DNA of 46,209 bases, filler included, from Dirinaria sp. TL-2023a (taxonomy: Eukaryota), in the NCBI GenBank assembly GCA_051941275.1. It is 2 parts of 2 records of this genome, joined end to end, with 100 filler letters (N's around TTAATTAATTAA, not from the genome) between each part and the next. Parts side by side here need not be neighbours in the genome. Positions count along the whole stretch, not along the records: positions 1 to 23,088 come from JAVEBF010000211.1; positions 23,189 to 46,209 come from JAVEBF010000212.1. The stretch is one strand, 5' to 3'. Of this stretch, positions 11,264 to 24,242 are shown piece after piece. Made by a program: the position numbers and the translations under genes. The stretch's first letter is position 1. Every line of letters starts with the position of its first letter. The notes beneath the pieces were generated by a model that saw only the letters and a list, made by a program, of their open reading frames with translations, searched no databases and was not told the origin of the DNA.

Positions 11264-14200
11264 CTAGGAGACCATATCAAGATCCTCGTAGTCAATATCC
11301 ACCATATCGAGAAGCTGCGCATATGGGACCGTGATCCGTTGCAGCTCGCGGCTTTTGCCTACGCGCAGTTAGCGATTTCCGGTAGAAGCAGAGCCCAAGG
11401 TAGATACATACCCAGCAGCAGTATGACACTCCGCAGCAGATCTTCACGCGGCCAGCCACAGATTGTCCCCGTCGGGCTGTCCCACTTCCGGTCCGGCGCG
11501 TTGCGTGGATTCTCGCTCCCAGCTGCCAAGTCTGGGTCTTCGCTCTCATGAACACTCCCGTGCAAGCTGCGAAGTAATTCCTGCACCTTGGTCTTCGACC
11601 CTTCTGAAGCCAGCTGCCGGGCGTACAGGCTCAGATACGTCTGGAAGTCATCCTTGGCACCCAGCATCATGGCCGCAGCCACTCGGTTCTCGAGGTGGGC
11701 GATGGACACACTGGACTCGAAGCCTTCGAACCCCTCCCGCGATAGGAGCTGCTTCACGAGCCTTTGTAGGGGATAGGCTCGGCCGCGTAGGAGCGTCTCG
11801 GTAGTGGTGCTGCGTTCTAAGTAGGGAATGATTCCAGCCGAGACGCTCGACCGCCTGGCTTCGGTCGACGAACGCAGGTTGCCCACAGAAGTATCCGTAG
11901 AGTTCCAGAACTGGCTGCCGATTGCCCACCACACCTCGGACAGCCTCTGCCAGATGTACATTGATGGTGAATAGGCATACCCATCGCCATTCGAGAGCGT
12001 GACCACTATCCTGCCTTCTGAGTTGACTCGACCAGAAGTGATAGAGGGACCTTTCGTCATTAGGGCGCTTAGGCTATGTACTGCGATGTCAAGAACGGGC
12101 GCCAATGATACAGGTGGATGAGGTGAGGTTAACTGGACGATATCCCAGACATAGCACATGCCAACCGCAGTGATGCATAGCAGCCACTGATCCCAGCAAT
12201 TGAGAATGACCGGCTGGCTCTCCAGGACCATAGCATTTACTATCCTTCTACCAGCGTGAGACCAAACGTAAATACTACCATCCTCACAAGCGATAGACCA
12301 GAACCGTTGGTTGCCTGTCAACAGGAGAGCGCTTCGGGGTAGGTAATCTTGCCAGACAGGCAGACCACGTTTTGTCACAGTAACACGGCAAGGCTCTTGG
12401 TCCTGCACTCGCAGCTGGCTTGGGTTGCGTGCTTCAAACACGAAGCTGGTCTGCGCAGTTGCATTTGCTGTGCGTTCTCGGTCGCCTGTCCCATTGAGTT
12501 GCGCATCCGTAGGCGCAACAGTACTGGGGAAGGACTGGACAATATGTGATCTGACTTTCGGTACCGCCAGCCTTAGTTGGCTCGTGCTGAGGCTTGGATT
12601 CGTAACAGCCGGCCGGAGAACCTCAGGGATCGGTTGCAGTCCCGTTGGCGCAGGAAGAGGCCGAGCTGGGACGAGTCCGTCAACGGTATTTAGCATGATA
12701 GGTACAGCCCCATCTTTACTAGCCATGGCGATTCTTTTCTCGGCGTGTCCTTCATCGTCACCCTCCGCAGCTGCCAATTTTCGCTTGTTCCCTAATAGGA
12801 AGGACGCCAAGCCTCCTCTTGGCAGGCCATCGAAAGGCTTGGACAAGTCCAAAATTGTCTGTGGAGCGTCAGTTGCAGCGCCTTTAGCCGTGGATGAAGA
12901 TAGCATCATTTGGGCACGGGGAAGCGATGATTCTTGACCGCCAGAGGACGAAACCAAAAGTGGCGCTATGCGCTTTTTCCCATCCTTGGTGATAGTGACA
13001 CGGTTCTTCAGCTTTTCGAGCTTCTGGTTGTTAGCATCAGGTGCAGACGGGGGTTTGATGGCCTCGGACGTGGCAGGTTCTGTCGGTGGCTCGCTGGTGT
13101 GTCCATTCGGCATGTTGGTACCGTTTGCTGATCCGTTCACAAGCAGCCCATTCGCACCATAGACGTTTGGGGCTTGTGTTGACGCGCCGTCTCCCATAAG
13201 AGCACCCATGCGCCCCTGAACACCACGGAGCTCTCCTTCCTTACTTTTCTCTTCAAGTAGCAGGCCCGAGGGTCCTTCGACGATGCCTGCGCCTTTTCTA
13301 CCTGCACCATACTTTGAAAGTTTGAGCTCGTTTTCCTCAAGAGGTACTTCGAATCCCAGCTCGCTAGCATTGAACGAGACACACAGGATTGTCCCATCTA
13401 GACTTGTGAGGAACAGTGATCTTCCATCCGGTGTCCAGGCAAGATCAGATATGGACTTTACGGTTACGTCTTGAGTTATAACAAGGGGCCTTGGGTTGGT
13501 TGTAATCCATATGCTCAAGGCTTTATCTTGCCCAGCACAGGCAATGACTGTACTCGTGTGCGCTAGGTTTCCTTCTGCATCTCGGGGCATGGTGCTTGGT
13601 GGTCGTGGGGTGAATAATCTTGGGGAGAAGGAGCACACCTCTACCGGACCTTCATGTCCGATAAGATGGATGTCACCATCCCATGAATGCCGATTAATGA
13701 TCGCTACCGAGCTGACCGGTCCGTTGACGGCGTTCGCAGCTGCGATGTGGGCTCCGTCGGGGGACCAGGCGCATCGCCGAAAATAAGTGGTCAATGGAGA
13801 CGCAGTGAAAGGGCTGGAAATAGTCTTCTCAAGCGAAAAGTTGTTCAAGGAATCATGAGCTGAGGTATTAGGTCCTGGTGAAGTGAACCGCCAGATCCTG
13901 ATTGTACGATCGTCGCTGGCAGTAGCGAAAAACTTGTTTGCCGGATCGAAAGTAACGCCTTTGACATGGCTCTGATGGCTTGAGATGGTCTTCAGCTTTT
14001 CGAATGTATGTCCAGACCAGATGACGACTTTCGAGTCCAACCCGACAGATACCAGGATAGAAGCGTCATATGACCACCCCAGATCTTGAACGTCGTTGTC
14101 GTGGCCTATCAGTCTCCTTGATATCCTCCAATTTTCGACGGGAGGGGCTTCATTGCTACCTATCACCGCTTGTTATGGCCTATCCAGAATGCTCTGCTGC

Positions 14201-14599
14201 TATGGGGAAACGTACCGAAGGTGACAGTATGAGACGGCGGGTTGGGGTCGAGCGCATATACGCACACAATCTTGTCATCTGCGCCTGACGCCAAAAAGCG
14301 CCCATTCGATGCGAACCGCACAGTGTGTATTGTACCGGAGTGATAGCTCATAGACGCGAGCTGCTTCGGTCTGGCGTAATTGGGATCGGCGGCATTGTAG
14401 ATGGCGTCTGTGGACCATATTCGCACATGTCCATCTGATCCAAGTGTTAGTAAGGGAGGTTCACTTCAGAACGAGCAAGGACCAGACCTCCTGCTGCTGT
14501 AACGAGCCTCGAGCCGTCGGGCGAGACATGGCAGCTGTAAACTTCGAAATCCTTTTTGTCTCCACTATGCGTGAGCCACACAGGCTTTATGAATCGCAT
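11264..14599 (-). CDS. HIR1: Histone chaperone / transcriptional corepressor HIR1 (HIRA)
   Basis: MRFIKPVWLTH..EVYSCHVSPDGSRLVTA, N-terminal WD40 repeats, B-motif TKDGKKRIAPLLV, C-terminal Hira domain (SIAHLENRVAAA). Three introns. Confidence 0.95.
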
Positions 14600-14888
14600 C
14601 GCGGAAGGTGTGCGAAACCCCGTCCACGGGACATCCCTTGTCACCAGTCGAACTGAATGGAGTCAACTGGCGTCCACTCAAAATCGGTGTAGAAGTCGGA
14701 ACAGAAAAGTGTTTAGTTTTCTGTTACACGCATGACAGGAGATACCTTACTTCACCTCGGTTTTAAAGACTGCCTACCTCACTACTAGGTAGTTACTACT
14801 GCCCTGTAATTTCGTACCTGAGCGTAGAGGGAGACAGACCGAAGATTAGCCGTGTGCCAGACTAAAAGTACCTTAATTCACATGTGCA

Positions 14889-14918
14889 CAGTCGAGGCAG
14901 TCGAGGCAGTCGAAGCAG
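14889..14918 (+). repeat. Short 9-bp tandem repeat (cagtcgagg x~3) in the HIR1 / VPS9-gene divergent promoter
   Basis: cagtcgaggcagtcgaggcagtcgaagcag. Confidence 0.6.
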
Positions 14919-15142
14919 TTTCCAGTCTCGCTGTGTGGCTTGTTCTTTGAGGGACGACGAGTCTTGTTATTCAATGGTTCAACACCTCTACCAAACTTGC
15001 AGCGCATATCACTCAATGGTTCAAATAGGTCTCAAATATCCACTCTCCTCAATTTAAACCAGATCCTCTGTCAAACAGCAGTCTACAGTCCTAACGACCA
15101 CCAAATGCGCCGTCGTCACCTTTCAACCCCTCAATCAAGTGG

Positions 15143-18100
15143 ATGCACTCTCTCAATCCGTTTCTGCGGGCCTTCTTCAGAAGCTCTTTCGTATCCCAGT
15201 GCAACCCTGTCAACGACCATGTAAGCTGCCGTCCAAAGCTAAGTTGCGACAGAGCCTAGGCTGACAAGCTTCAAGATCCTCCTAGTCCCCACGACCGAGG
15301 TCCTTCTGACATCAAAAGACTCTGAGACCGGGTCTCCGTACTCTGAACTCGCGGGATCAGACGATTTCGTTGCCAGCCATGTACTTCGTGTTACGGGTTC
15401 CTCGGGGTCTGCCAGTGTACGGGATAGCCGAGGCAAGGCCAAGCAGTACACCACCATCAATGGCCGCACGGTCGTGGTTAAAGAGTCCTTCATCTATGGC
15501 AATAAAGGTTCCCGCTCTTAATCTGAACGATCCACGTTAAACAACTAACGCGTCTCGCAGGCTTCAAGCCTCTCAGTCAAGCCCAACTCCTGAGTGACGC
15601 TTTGTATTTCTCTGACAGCCTTGATGCGCAGCAATGGCTCATATATTATATTTCAAAACCGCTTATGGGCTCTTTAGAACCAGTCAAGATCACGCCAGCA
15701 ATTTTGCCCCAAGCCCAAAGTACCCCCAACGCAGCCGTCGATGACGCAAAAAGCGCAGAGGAGGACAACTCAAAAAGCAACTCATCTTCGTCAAAGTCTA
15801 AGAAGGATATACAGTCTTTCAATGATCTCCTGAATAACTTTCCCATGATCGCTCGGCAGATGCATCCGGGACTCGAACGCGTCTTCAAACAATTCCACCA
15901 AGACATGAAGACTCAAGCAGATAGCCACAAGCGTCGCAGGCCGTCAGTGTTGTCGCGCAGACGCTCAAGTGCATCATCTCATTCTGGGAGTAATGGCTCG
16001 ATACATAGCAGGTTCTCGAACGGTCATCCCAGACCGCCTTCTGTCACAACATTACACGTTGACGAAGAGGAGGAGCATTTGCGTAGTTCTCTTGAGAACG
16101 CAGTAACTGCAGCCATTGACCTTTTCCAGCTGGTCGACAAGCAGCAACTTACCTTGCTGGGCTCGTCAACTGACCTCACCGGACCAATGGTGGAGCGCCT
16201 CATTGAACGATACGTCATTGAACAGCTTCACGACTCAGCGGTTTTCCCCAAGCTGTGTGATAGCCGCAAGCTTGAAGATTTGGAGCTGGAATCCCGCATA
16301 CACCAAATGCAGCATGTGGACGTAGCACAAGTCGGCATTTCCATTGAAGAAGGTCGTAAAGGGAAGAAAATTTTGATGAAACGGCTCAGTCGAGGCGTTG
16401 AAGAGTTCAGAAAACTCGGTGTGGCTGGCAGTCCGCAGCAGATGATTGACGTTTTATTATCCACCCAAAAGCTAGTGACCGACACAGATTCTACGTTGGA
16501 GGGCGGGGCAGATGGCTCCGAGAGGTCTCGTTCGATGATGACCATGAATGCCGACACTTTGGTGTCACTACTTCTCATTGTCGTCATCAGATCGCAGGTG
16601 CGCCATCTGCAGGCGAGACTTACGTACATGAGGAAGTTTAGCTTTATTGATGATGTAGAGAGTGGAGAAACCGGGTACGCGCTGAGCACCTTCGAAGCTG
16701 TGCTGTCATATCTAGCTTCTGATTCGGGAAATCTGAGGCAAGCGAGCAAAAGAAATAAACGTCTCTGGCAAGCTACTAAAGAAGGCAACATTGAAGAGAT
16801 AAAGCGAATCATAGATCCAGACCCACTACGCTCCAGCAGCCATAGTGGAAATGCTGAAACTCATGCAAGCGGCAGTGAGAACGGATTGGGTGATGGAGAG
16901 GCTGATGCTTTTAAGTCTCTGACACCAAGCACGTCAAGTCAACAGTCTCTCGATGAACGATTCTCGCAAGCTCCGACAGCTACGGAAACACCCACTGAAA
17001 GCTCGAAGCTCGCTCACGTCTTCCCCTTCCAGGCACGAAATGGTAGTGGACTGTCCATCCCGCCGCAACGCAAGGTCAAGCGAGTCTCAATGGACATCCG
17101 GAGTTTTTCCACGTCTTCTGAACTCTCCGCCTTCTCCCGTACATCAACCACTGATTCGAGAGCAGTTATTATTGAAGGCGACACGTCCGTTGAGACCTTG
17201 ACGCAGACTCAGGACGCTCAGGGAGTTTCCATACTCATGATGGCAGTCGAAGCCAAGCAACCGCAGACGCTTTCTTATCTACTCAGCGTTGAGGACTGCT
17301 ATCCTCTGAAGTTCTTTCTTGAGGACACTAACGATGAAGGTACAACGCTACTAAGCGCAGCCGTACAGTTGGCGGATGCAGAACTTACAAATGTATTACT
17401 AGCACGTCTTATGCAAGCACAAGATGAAGAGACTGTCGCACAATATTTGGCTTGCGCAGATATCCGAGGTCGGACTGTTGCTCATTATCTATTCAACGCG
17501 CCAGATTTGATGGCAAGGATTGGAGCCTTACTGCCGTGGAGGCAGAAAGACAAGAACGGCCAGACTCCAGTCCTAGCTTTATGTAGGTCCTACGATCATC
17601 CAAGATACTCAGAGATGGTCAACGATGCCTTACAGCTTGCAACGCACGAACAGAAGGATCGACAGCGCTTGCATCTGGATGACCATGTTGATGGGAAGGG
17701 CAATACATTACTACACGCCGTTAGCGATCCTTCGTTGGCAGTGCGTATGCTTCGCCACTGCGACTCGGATGCCAATGCCATGAATGACAAGAAATTTACT
17801 CCTTTGATGGTGGCAAGCAAGTATGGCCGAATCGATATGGTGCGAGCATTTTTAGGCGACCAGCGTGTTGACATACTGGCAAAGGAGCTTCGGGGCATGA
17901 CAGCTGTAGAGCTTGCTAAGGACGATGAAGTTCGCAATCGTATTGACGATATGGTCCTCGTCTCCAACGTTCCGGCTACGGACGGGAGAGTCACTTCTGT
18001 AGTCCGGTCTTTTTTCGTGGAAGATGCGTCTATACGTCTGATCATCAAATCAGCAGTCCGGAACGATAATGGCATGATAGGTGTTACCACATGCAGGAGG

Positions 18101-19128
18101 TCCTTGTCTGATTTCGAGAATCTTGCCCAATGGCTGTCTATGGAGCATCCAGCCTCATGGCTCCCTTCAATCTTCAACTTTCGCTCTCCTTTCCAAATCC
18201 CCTCACGTCCGTCCAGAGCTACACTGCAGGATATCCAGGTCCGACTCGATAAATTTCTGACGATTATGCTCGCTCACTCTACTTTCTCAACGCACGAGTT
18301 ATTGTGGGAATTCATCCTCTTTCCGGAGATACAACCCGATATGATGGCTGAGCGAAGTCGGAAGAAAGGTGAGATTCGTGCCGAGAACATACGAGACAAC
18401 TACGAGCCAATTGAAGATGTAAAAGATGTAGAATCGTTTGTGGGATACGCGAGGGAGACGCTAAGGCCAGTCAACCATTCAAGTAAAAGCGTGATACGGA
18501 GGACGGCCAGCATTCAGAACGGATTTGCAGGTATTTGAACACCCCCTCAAGCATGTGACCGTCTATTGACCGGATGACAGATTACGCCGTAGCTCTCAGT
18601 CTCTGTGCTTCTTCTCTGAAGACTGTCCCCTTCCTACCTGAGGCTCACACGAACGCATTCTCTCGTTACGCCACATGCTTTCAAGTATCGGAGTCGGACC
18701 CTTACAAGTTCTTTCATCAGGATTTCCAGGCTATTGCTTCTTCAACACTGGCCATCTTGTCATCCTTATCTCGACCTCACTCACTGATCTCGTCTCTGCA
18801 AACCACTCAAAAGGTCCTTGATCGGAACCTCGCGTCGATGCGACGCTCCGATCGATGGCCGTTGGGCCTACTAGACGACACCCGCAAGAATTTTCAGGCA
18901 GAAGCACAAGAGAAGACGGAAAAAAGCCGCGAAGAACTCCGGACCATCGGCAGCGAACTGAGCTACACTCAACAGACTGTGGCAAGTGAGTTAGCCAGTT
19001 GGCAGGAACTGCATGCCAAGCTAGGCAGACGAACTATCCGAACGTTGGCTCGGCGGATGGTCATTAAGCAGCGAGCCACGCTGGATAGTATGAAGAGAGC
19101 TATGCGAGGGGTGATCAATGTCGATTGA
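15143..19128 (+). CDS. VPS9 (Rab5 GEF)-ankyrin-PX-coiled-coil protein, Vrl1/VapA/VARP-like (UPF0507)
   Basis: N-terminus MHSLNPFLRAFF..ILLVPTTEVLL; VPS9 motifs NADTLVSLLLIVVIRS and GETGYALSTFEAVLSY; ankyrin repeats (GNTLLH, TPLMVASKYGR); PX-like RRSLSDFENLAQWL..EHPASWLP; helical C-terminus. Three introns. Confidence 0.88.
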
Positions 19129-19845
19129 AACTCATGTTATCTTCTGCCAGAGTCTTTTCCCGCTGCCCTTTAGATCTCAACCGGTTGGAGTTGGCAGTCA
19201 AATCTTGGAGTTATGGCGAGGCTTGAGAAGATACCCATGTTCCGCATTTCAGAAATGTATTCCCGTCTAAACGTGTAAATTCCTAAATTTTGCAGTCGTT
19301 ACATGGATGTCATGATGCGTGGGCTCCGCGGGCTCAAAGATGGCTCAGCCGGACTTGATAGTTTACTCGTACTTCAACGAGTTCTTACTTGGCGAGCCAA
19401 GTCCGATTATCTTCTCAGCATGCATTCTCGGGTTCTGAAGACACCCAGCCCTGAGTTCTGGAAAATACGAGAAGCGGTATTTCATGGTTTGCTGTTTGCA
19501 CGTAGTCAGGAAGCCTTTCCTTCCCATCACTAACGTTTACACGATTTGACGGACGGACATTCGGCAAACATCCTCCCAGCCTCACTCCTCGGTTCCTAAT
19601 GCTTCTAATACGCCAACCTTCGTATCTTAGCCCCTCGATCCTCCCCACGGGAACGAGAGTTTCCGAGAGAAGTCGTATTTTAAAAAAAAAAAAACTTGCT
19701 CATCGGATCGTATTCTGCAGCCAGCAGCATGGCCGATGAATCTCTGCGCCTTGATATCAAGCTCTAAAGTTCATCCAGAGCCCCAATCTTGCACACGCAT
19801 TGCCTGCACAAGGCAATTCTTCCAGCAAACGTGCACTGCCTAAGC

Positions 19846-20481
19846 TTAACCCAACCTCCTCGGTTTCCGGCCTCTCGTTCCCCCAAATTTGACCCTTGTG
19901 GCATCCGCCACAGAAACCACCCTTGGCCTCAAACCCCTCCCCTCACTTCCCAACAGCACCTTCCACACGGCGTCCCTCCCTTTCCCAAAGTCTCTCCACA
20001 CAAGCGCCAAGCGCTTGATCTCTCTTAGCAGCCCCTGGTGCTGTATCCGCTCCGTCACGTATTTGCCCAGCTGAAAAGCCGCGTCATAGCTCCCTCGCTG
20101 CGACTTCCGGAAACCCAGAATCCCGGTGGACGCCTTGATGAGGGCACCACCGTCCGGGCGGGTGAGGGTGATATGGGTGTTGTGTTTGTGGGAGAAGATG
20201 TGCATGTAATGAGGTTTCGGCATCCGGTAGGCAGCGGCGGCGGCGCGGCTTGTGGCGGAGTATTTCGAAGCGAGTTCATCGATGTCGGCGGTGGAGGTTA
20301 TTATATCCTTGTAAGGTATAAGGTCTGGGACTGGAGGCTTGGGAGTTTCAGCAGGCTTGCTGCCTTTGATTGGGCGGGGGGATGTGAGTAGGTGACGGGA
20401 TAATATGGGCAAGACGGTGATCGGGTGATGTTGCGTGCGGAGCGGACTCGCGTGAGAGAAAGAGGGTAATCGTATCTTCAT
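19846..20481 (-). CDS. MRPS18: Mitochondrial ribosomal protein uS11m (yeast Mrps18-like)
   Basis: S11 motifs HNTHITLT, STGILGFRKSQRGSYDAA, DATRVKFGGTR.RKPRRL; basic N-terminal presequence. Confidence 0.88.
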   Translation of the reverse strand: MKIRLPSFSHASPLRTQHHPITVLPILSRHLLTSPRPIKGSKPAETPKPPVPDLIPYKDIITSTADIDELASKYSATSRAAAAAYRMPKPHYMHIFSHKHNTHITLTRPDGGALIKASTGILGFRKSQRGSYDAAFQLGKYVTERIQHQGLLREIKRLALVWRDFGKGRDAVWKVLLGSEGRGLRPRVVSVADATRVKFGGTRGRKPRRLG

Positions 20482-20745
20482 CTTGCATGTACGCTTTTCG
20501 ATTGAAGAATCGAAAGTGATATGGTTCCGAATCCAGCTCGATCTTGGCCGAGATATCGCCGGCGTTTCCGTTCATTGGAGCCCGCCGTAGTGACCAGCCC
20601 TCTCGGCCCGACTTTTTGCGCCTTCAAACTTTACTAGTGCGTACGCAGTGAGGGAGGATGACCTTATGCTCTGCCTTTACAATCCCCCATACATCTCAAG
20701 TTATAGACACTTCGACTCCCTCCTTACCCCTTCATACATCAGAGC
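20482..20745. promoter_or_regulatory. Compact bidirectional promoter region shared by uS11m and TIM44
   Basis: 264 bp between the head-to-head start codons of two mitochondrial-protein genes; no specific site assigned. Confidence 0.55.
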
Positions 20746-22500
20746 ATGAGCCTACTTTCTCGTGCTCTGCCGCTATCCCAGGCGAGAGGCAGCGCTGCAC
20801 GACACTTCACCTCCTCCGCCCGCTCCCCATATGGAAGAACTGCAGCTTACAGACGGATACTCCACCGCCCGTATCACCAGACGCGATCGAACTATCCACC
20901 GACCTCTACAAATCCGATAATATCCCTCAAACCACGCTTCTGCCCTTTGTTCGACCTGTCCAGCTTAAGTTCATCCAGACCATTAACCTCCGCCACTCTA
21001 CGGTTCCAGCAACAGCAGCCCAAAGAAGAAATCCGGGATCCACCTAGAGAAGAAACCCCCGCCGGCACCGCCGGCAAAGACTCTGCAGAAAACTCTCAGG
21101 ACTCCCAATCCTCCGACTCATCCAAAGCAGAGCAAGAAGGCTCCGAAGAGTCCGCAGGAGAGAAATCCAGCGGCGAGGGAAAAAAGAAAGAGCCCCCTCC
21201 CCCACCTCCACCGCACGGCGATAAATCTCCATGGCAAGTCTTCACCGAAACCCTGAAGTCCGAGTTCAACGCCTCGAAAGAATGGAATGAAAGCACCAAA
21301 GCCCTCGCCTCCTCTGCACACTCCTTCACCGAGAACGAGTCGGTCAAGCGCGCCCGCGCCGCCTACACCTCTGCTTCTTCAGCCACTTCATCCGCTACCT
21401 CATCCGCCATCCGCGGCACGGGGAAAGCACTCGGCCAAGGTGCAGCATGGACATGGGACAGCGGTGTGGTCAAAGGCGTGCGATCGGGCGTCAACGCTAC
21501 AGGGCGGGGGATTGAGAAGGTGACGCGGCCCGTTCGGGAGACGAAGGCGTACAAGAGTGCAGTCGGCGGTGTCAGAGACGTCATCGACGACGGGAGCAGT
21601 TCCCGTTACGGGGGTTGGGTGGAGAAAGAAGAACGAAGGAAACAACGGGAGCTTCGAGAAATCGAGGAAGCGAGCAAGACGGCCAAGGCACCTGGCGCAA
21701 AGCCGGCGGAAAAGGTGGAGGAGGATCCTAAGTACGTCCTGCTCTTTGCTCTTCCCGCCCTCCCTTCTCCCCCCTTTTATCCTCAGCTTGACAGCTGTAG
21801 CTGACCAGATACCCTTTTCCCTTACAGCGCCGGCACGAACGTAACCCTACACAAAGACGCCGCCTGGCGCGAATCCTGGAATTCCTTCCGCGACTCCTCC
21901 CGCCTCATGCAATCCCTGTTCACGCTCAAATCGAACTACCACGAATCCGAAAACCCCTTCATCTCGACCGCGCGCAGCATCACCGACCGCGTGGCGGGCT
22001 TCTTCGCCGAAAACGAGACGGCAACGGTGATCAAAGCCTTCCGAGCCATGGACCCGACCTTCCAAGTGGAACCCTTCCTGCGCGAAATGCGGGAATACAT
22101 CCTGCCCGAGGTGCTGGACGCGTACGTGAAAGGCGACACGGAGACCCTCAAACTCTGGCTCTCGGCCGCGCAGTACCAGGTCTACGCCGCGCTGACGCAG
22201 CAGTACACGGGCGTGGGCTTGAAGAGCGACGGGCGCATCCTCGACATCCGCCACGTGGACATCCTGTCGGCGCGCATGCTCGAGAACGAGGTCCCCGTGT
22301 TTATTATTACGTGCCGCACGCAGGAGGTGCATGTATATCGGGACCGCAAGACGGGCGCCCTGGCCGCCGGCATGGAGGACCGGGTGCAGCTCGTCACGTA
22401 CGCGATCGGGGTCACGCGCGTCGCGGACGAGGTCAACAAGCGCGAGACGAGGGGCTGGAGGCTGATCGAGCTGCAGAAGAGCGCGAGGGATTACATCTGA
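20746..22500 (+). CDS. TIM44: Mitochondrial import motor subunit TIM44
   Basis: R/S-rich presequence, SPWQVFTETLKSEF, SSRYGGW, ESENPFISTARSITDRV, FLREMREYILPEVLDAYVKGD, CRTQEVHVYR, GWRLIELQK. One intron at ~21732-21827. Confidence 0.95.
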
Positions 22501-23088
22501 TCTGACCTTGTCTCCTTCGCTTCCCGTTCCCTCTTCTCTCCGGAGCCTCCTCTTTGCATCTTCATCTCCCTTCCATACCCTTTACTTCTGCAGCAAAGCT
22601 GTTTTTAGCGCGCATTGCCAATGAGAAAAAGCGTTTCGGTTTGTCGTTTTCTTCATGCCCGTCCGTATGTGTGTGTGTAAAAAATAGTCTGTACAATAAC
22701 ATTATTACCGAATCAATCGAAAGGTGTCGGGGTCGGGGCTCGGAGGAAGGAGTAGAGGGCGTATGGGAGTTACCATTCTCACTCTCCTCTCCTCTCCGGA
22801 CCGCCTACGGACTTTTTCGATTTTCGAATGAGTGTGTTAGGTTCATTCATGGGGATTCATTTCGTCCGTCGTTTACATCGTGAAATTATGTTTTTGTTTT
22901 TGGTTTTGTTTTTGCATTGAAAAAAAATCTCGCGGCGCTGATAAAGAGGTGAGTGCAGAGAGGGAGAGGGTATTTTGTTATGGGGCAGTAGGAAGTTTCG
23001 GGGGGGATTTGATAACCACAGGTGTGAAATGAAACCGAAAAAAGCAGAGGAGGAAGAAAGACATGGTACATATGGTACATATATATAC

Positions 23089-23188
23089 NNNNNNNNNNNN
23101 NNNNNNNNNNNNNNNNNNNNNNNNNNNNNNNNTTAATTAATTAANNNNNNNNNNNNNNNNNNNNNNNNNNNNNNNNNNNNNNNNNNNN
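23089..23188. other. Artificial assembly linker / gap
   Basis: Exactly 44 N + TTAATTAATTAA (stops in all six frames) + 44 N = 100 nt. Confidence 0.97.
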
Positions 23189-24242
23189 CCACAATATCTC
23201 GCACTGACTAATCACTGATTTTCAATCTCAAATGGATATGGTAGGATCAGAAGCTCTATATAGTTGGTTCAGTCTTTGACATTACTTCGCTTACTACTGA
23301 AGCGTGATACTTGTATACGGTATTCTCCGAAGATCTACGTGCTCAATCTTCTTACATTGAATAGACATCTATAATTTGGTGCTAAACTACTTAACAATAA
23401 GTTGTCTTGAAAAAGAACGCTTTCTAGCCCAAAAGGCTAGCAGCAAATTGCGGACCGTGGCAATGAGTGCAGCAGACGATTCGCTCTCTCTCTCTCTCTT
23501 CAGTGCATCGTACGCAAAATCTACAGCTGCAACGTGCTACCAATCGGCACTGACTTGCATCACTTTGGCAGAGACCTGAGAGCTTTGGTGGCGAGCTGTC
23601 CGGCTGCGATTCTTCTTCTCACTTACTTGGTCATTTAGCAGTGTACGCGGTCTTGAACTGTATCAGCATCCTTATCGAACCTTAGACCAATAGCTCGCTA
23701 TTTGATCTAGGAATCGGTGCTTGCGTTAGCTCAGCCTTCGAACGATTATCGCACGATCGAGGGAGAAGCTGGGCGTCGGCTTCATATGAGAAAAATTCTA
23801 CCTTATCTCCGCTTTCTTCTGGCATCGCGGTCGTAATGTTTTGTCTCCATGTCCGCCACGTGAAGAAGGCACTGAAGATGAGATTCTTAGTCCACGGCTG
23901 GTGTCCTAGCGAGCTCATGATCCACTTGCATATATAATGCACCTCCTCAAATTGCATGCGTTGTAAGAGCCACGCCAACTCGTGGCCGTGATGGACGTCG
24001 CCTGAAATTCGTGAGAGCAGAACAATGCGACGATCGTCCATTGTGTGAGAGGAAGACGAGATTTTCAGACATTAAAATCTTGGAGGAACAAGAAGTCTTT
24101 CGATTTTATAGGTGTATGATGCCATTCGCACCCGCTGAGAGTACATTACGGCGTCGCACCGGTTTAATCTGACACAAATAGAACTTTTCATTGGTTGATT
24201 GGCTGCGACTTGAAGTACCATACACCCAGCGCGCCCGGCTCG

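Noticed and set aside
23133..23144. TTAATTAATTAA as a biological motif (piggyBac TTAA target or PacI site)
   Set aside because: Centred in symmetrical N runs; it is an assembly linker.
23682..24041. 119-aa ORF downstream of the ABC transporter
   Set aside because: No recognisable motif or splice support.
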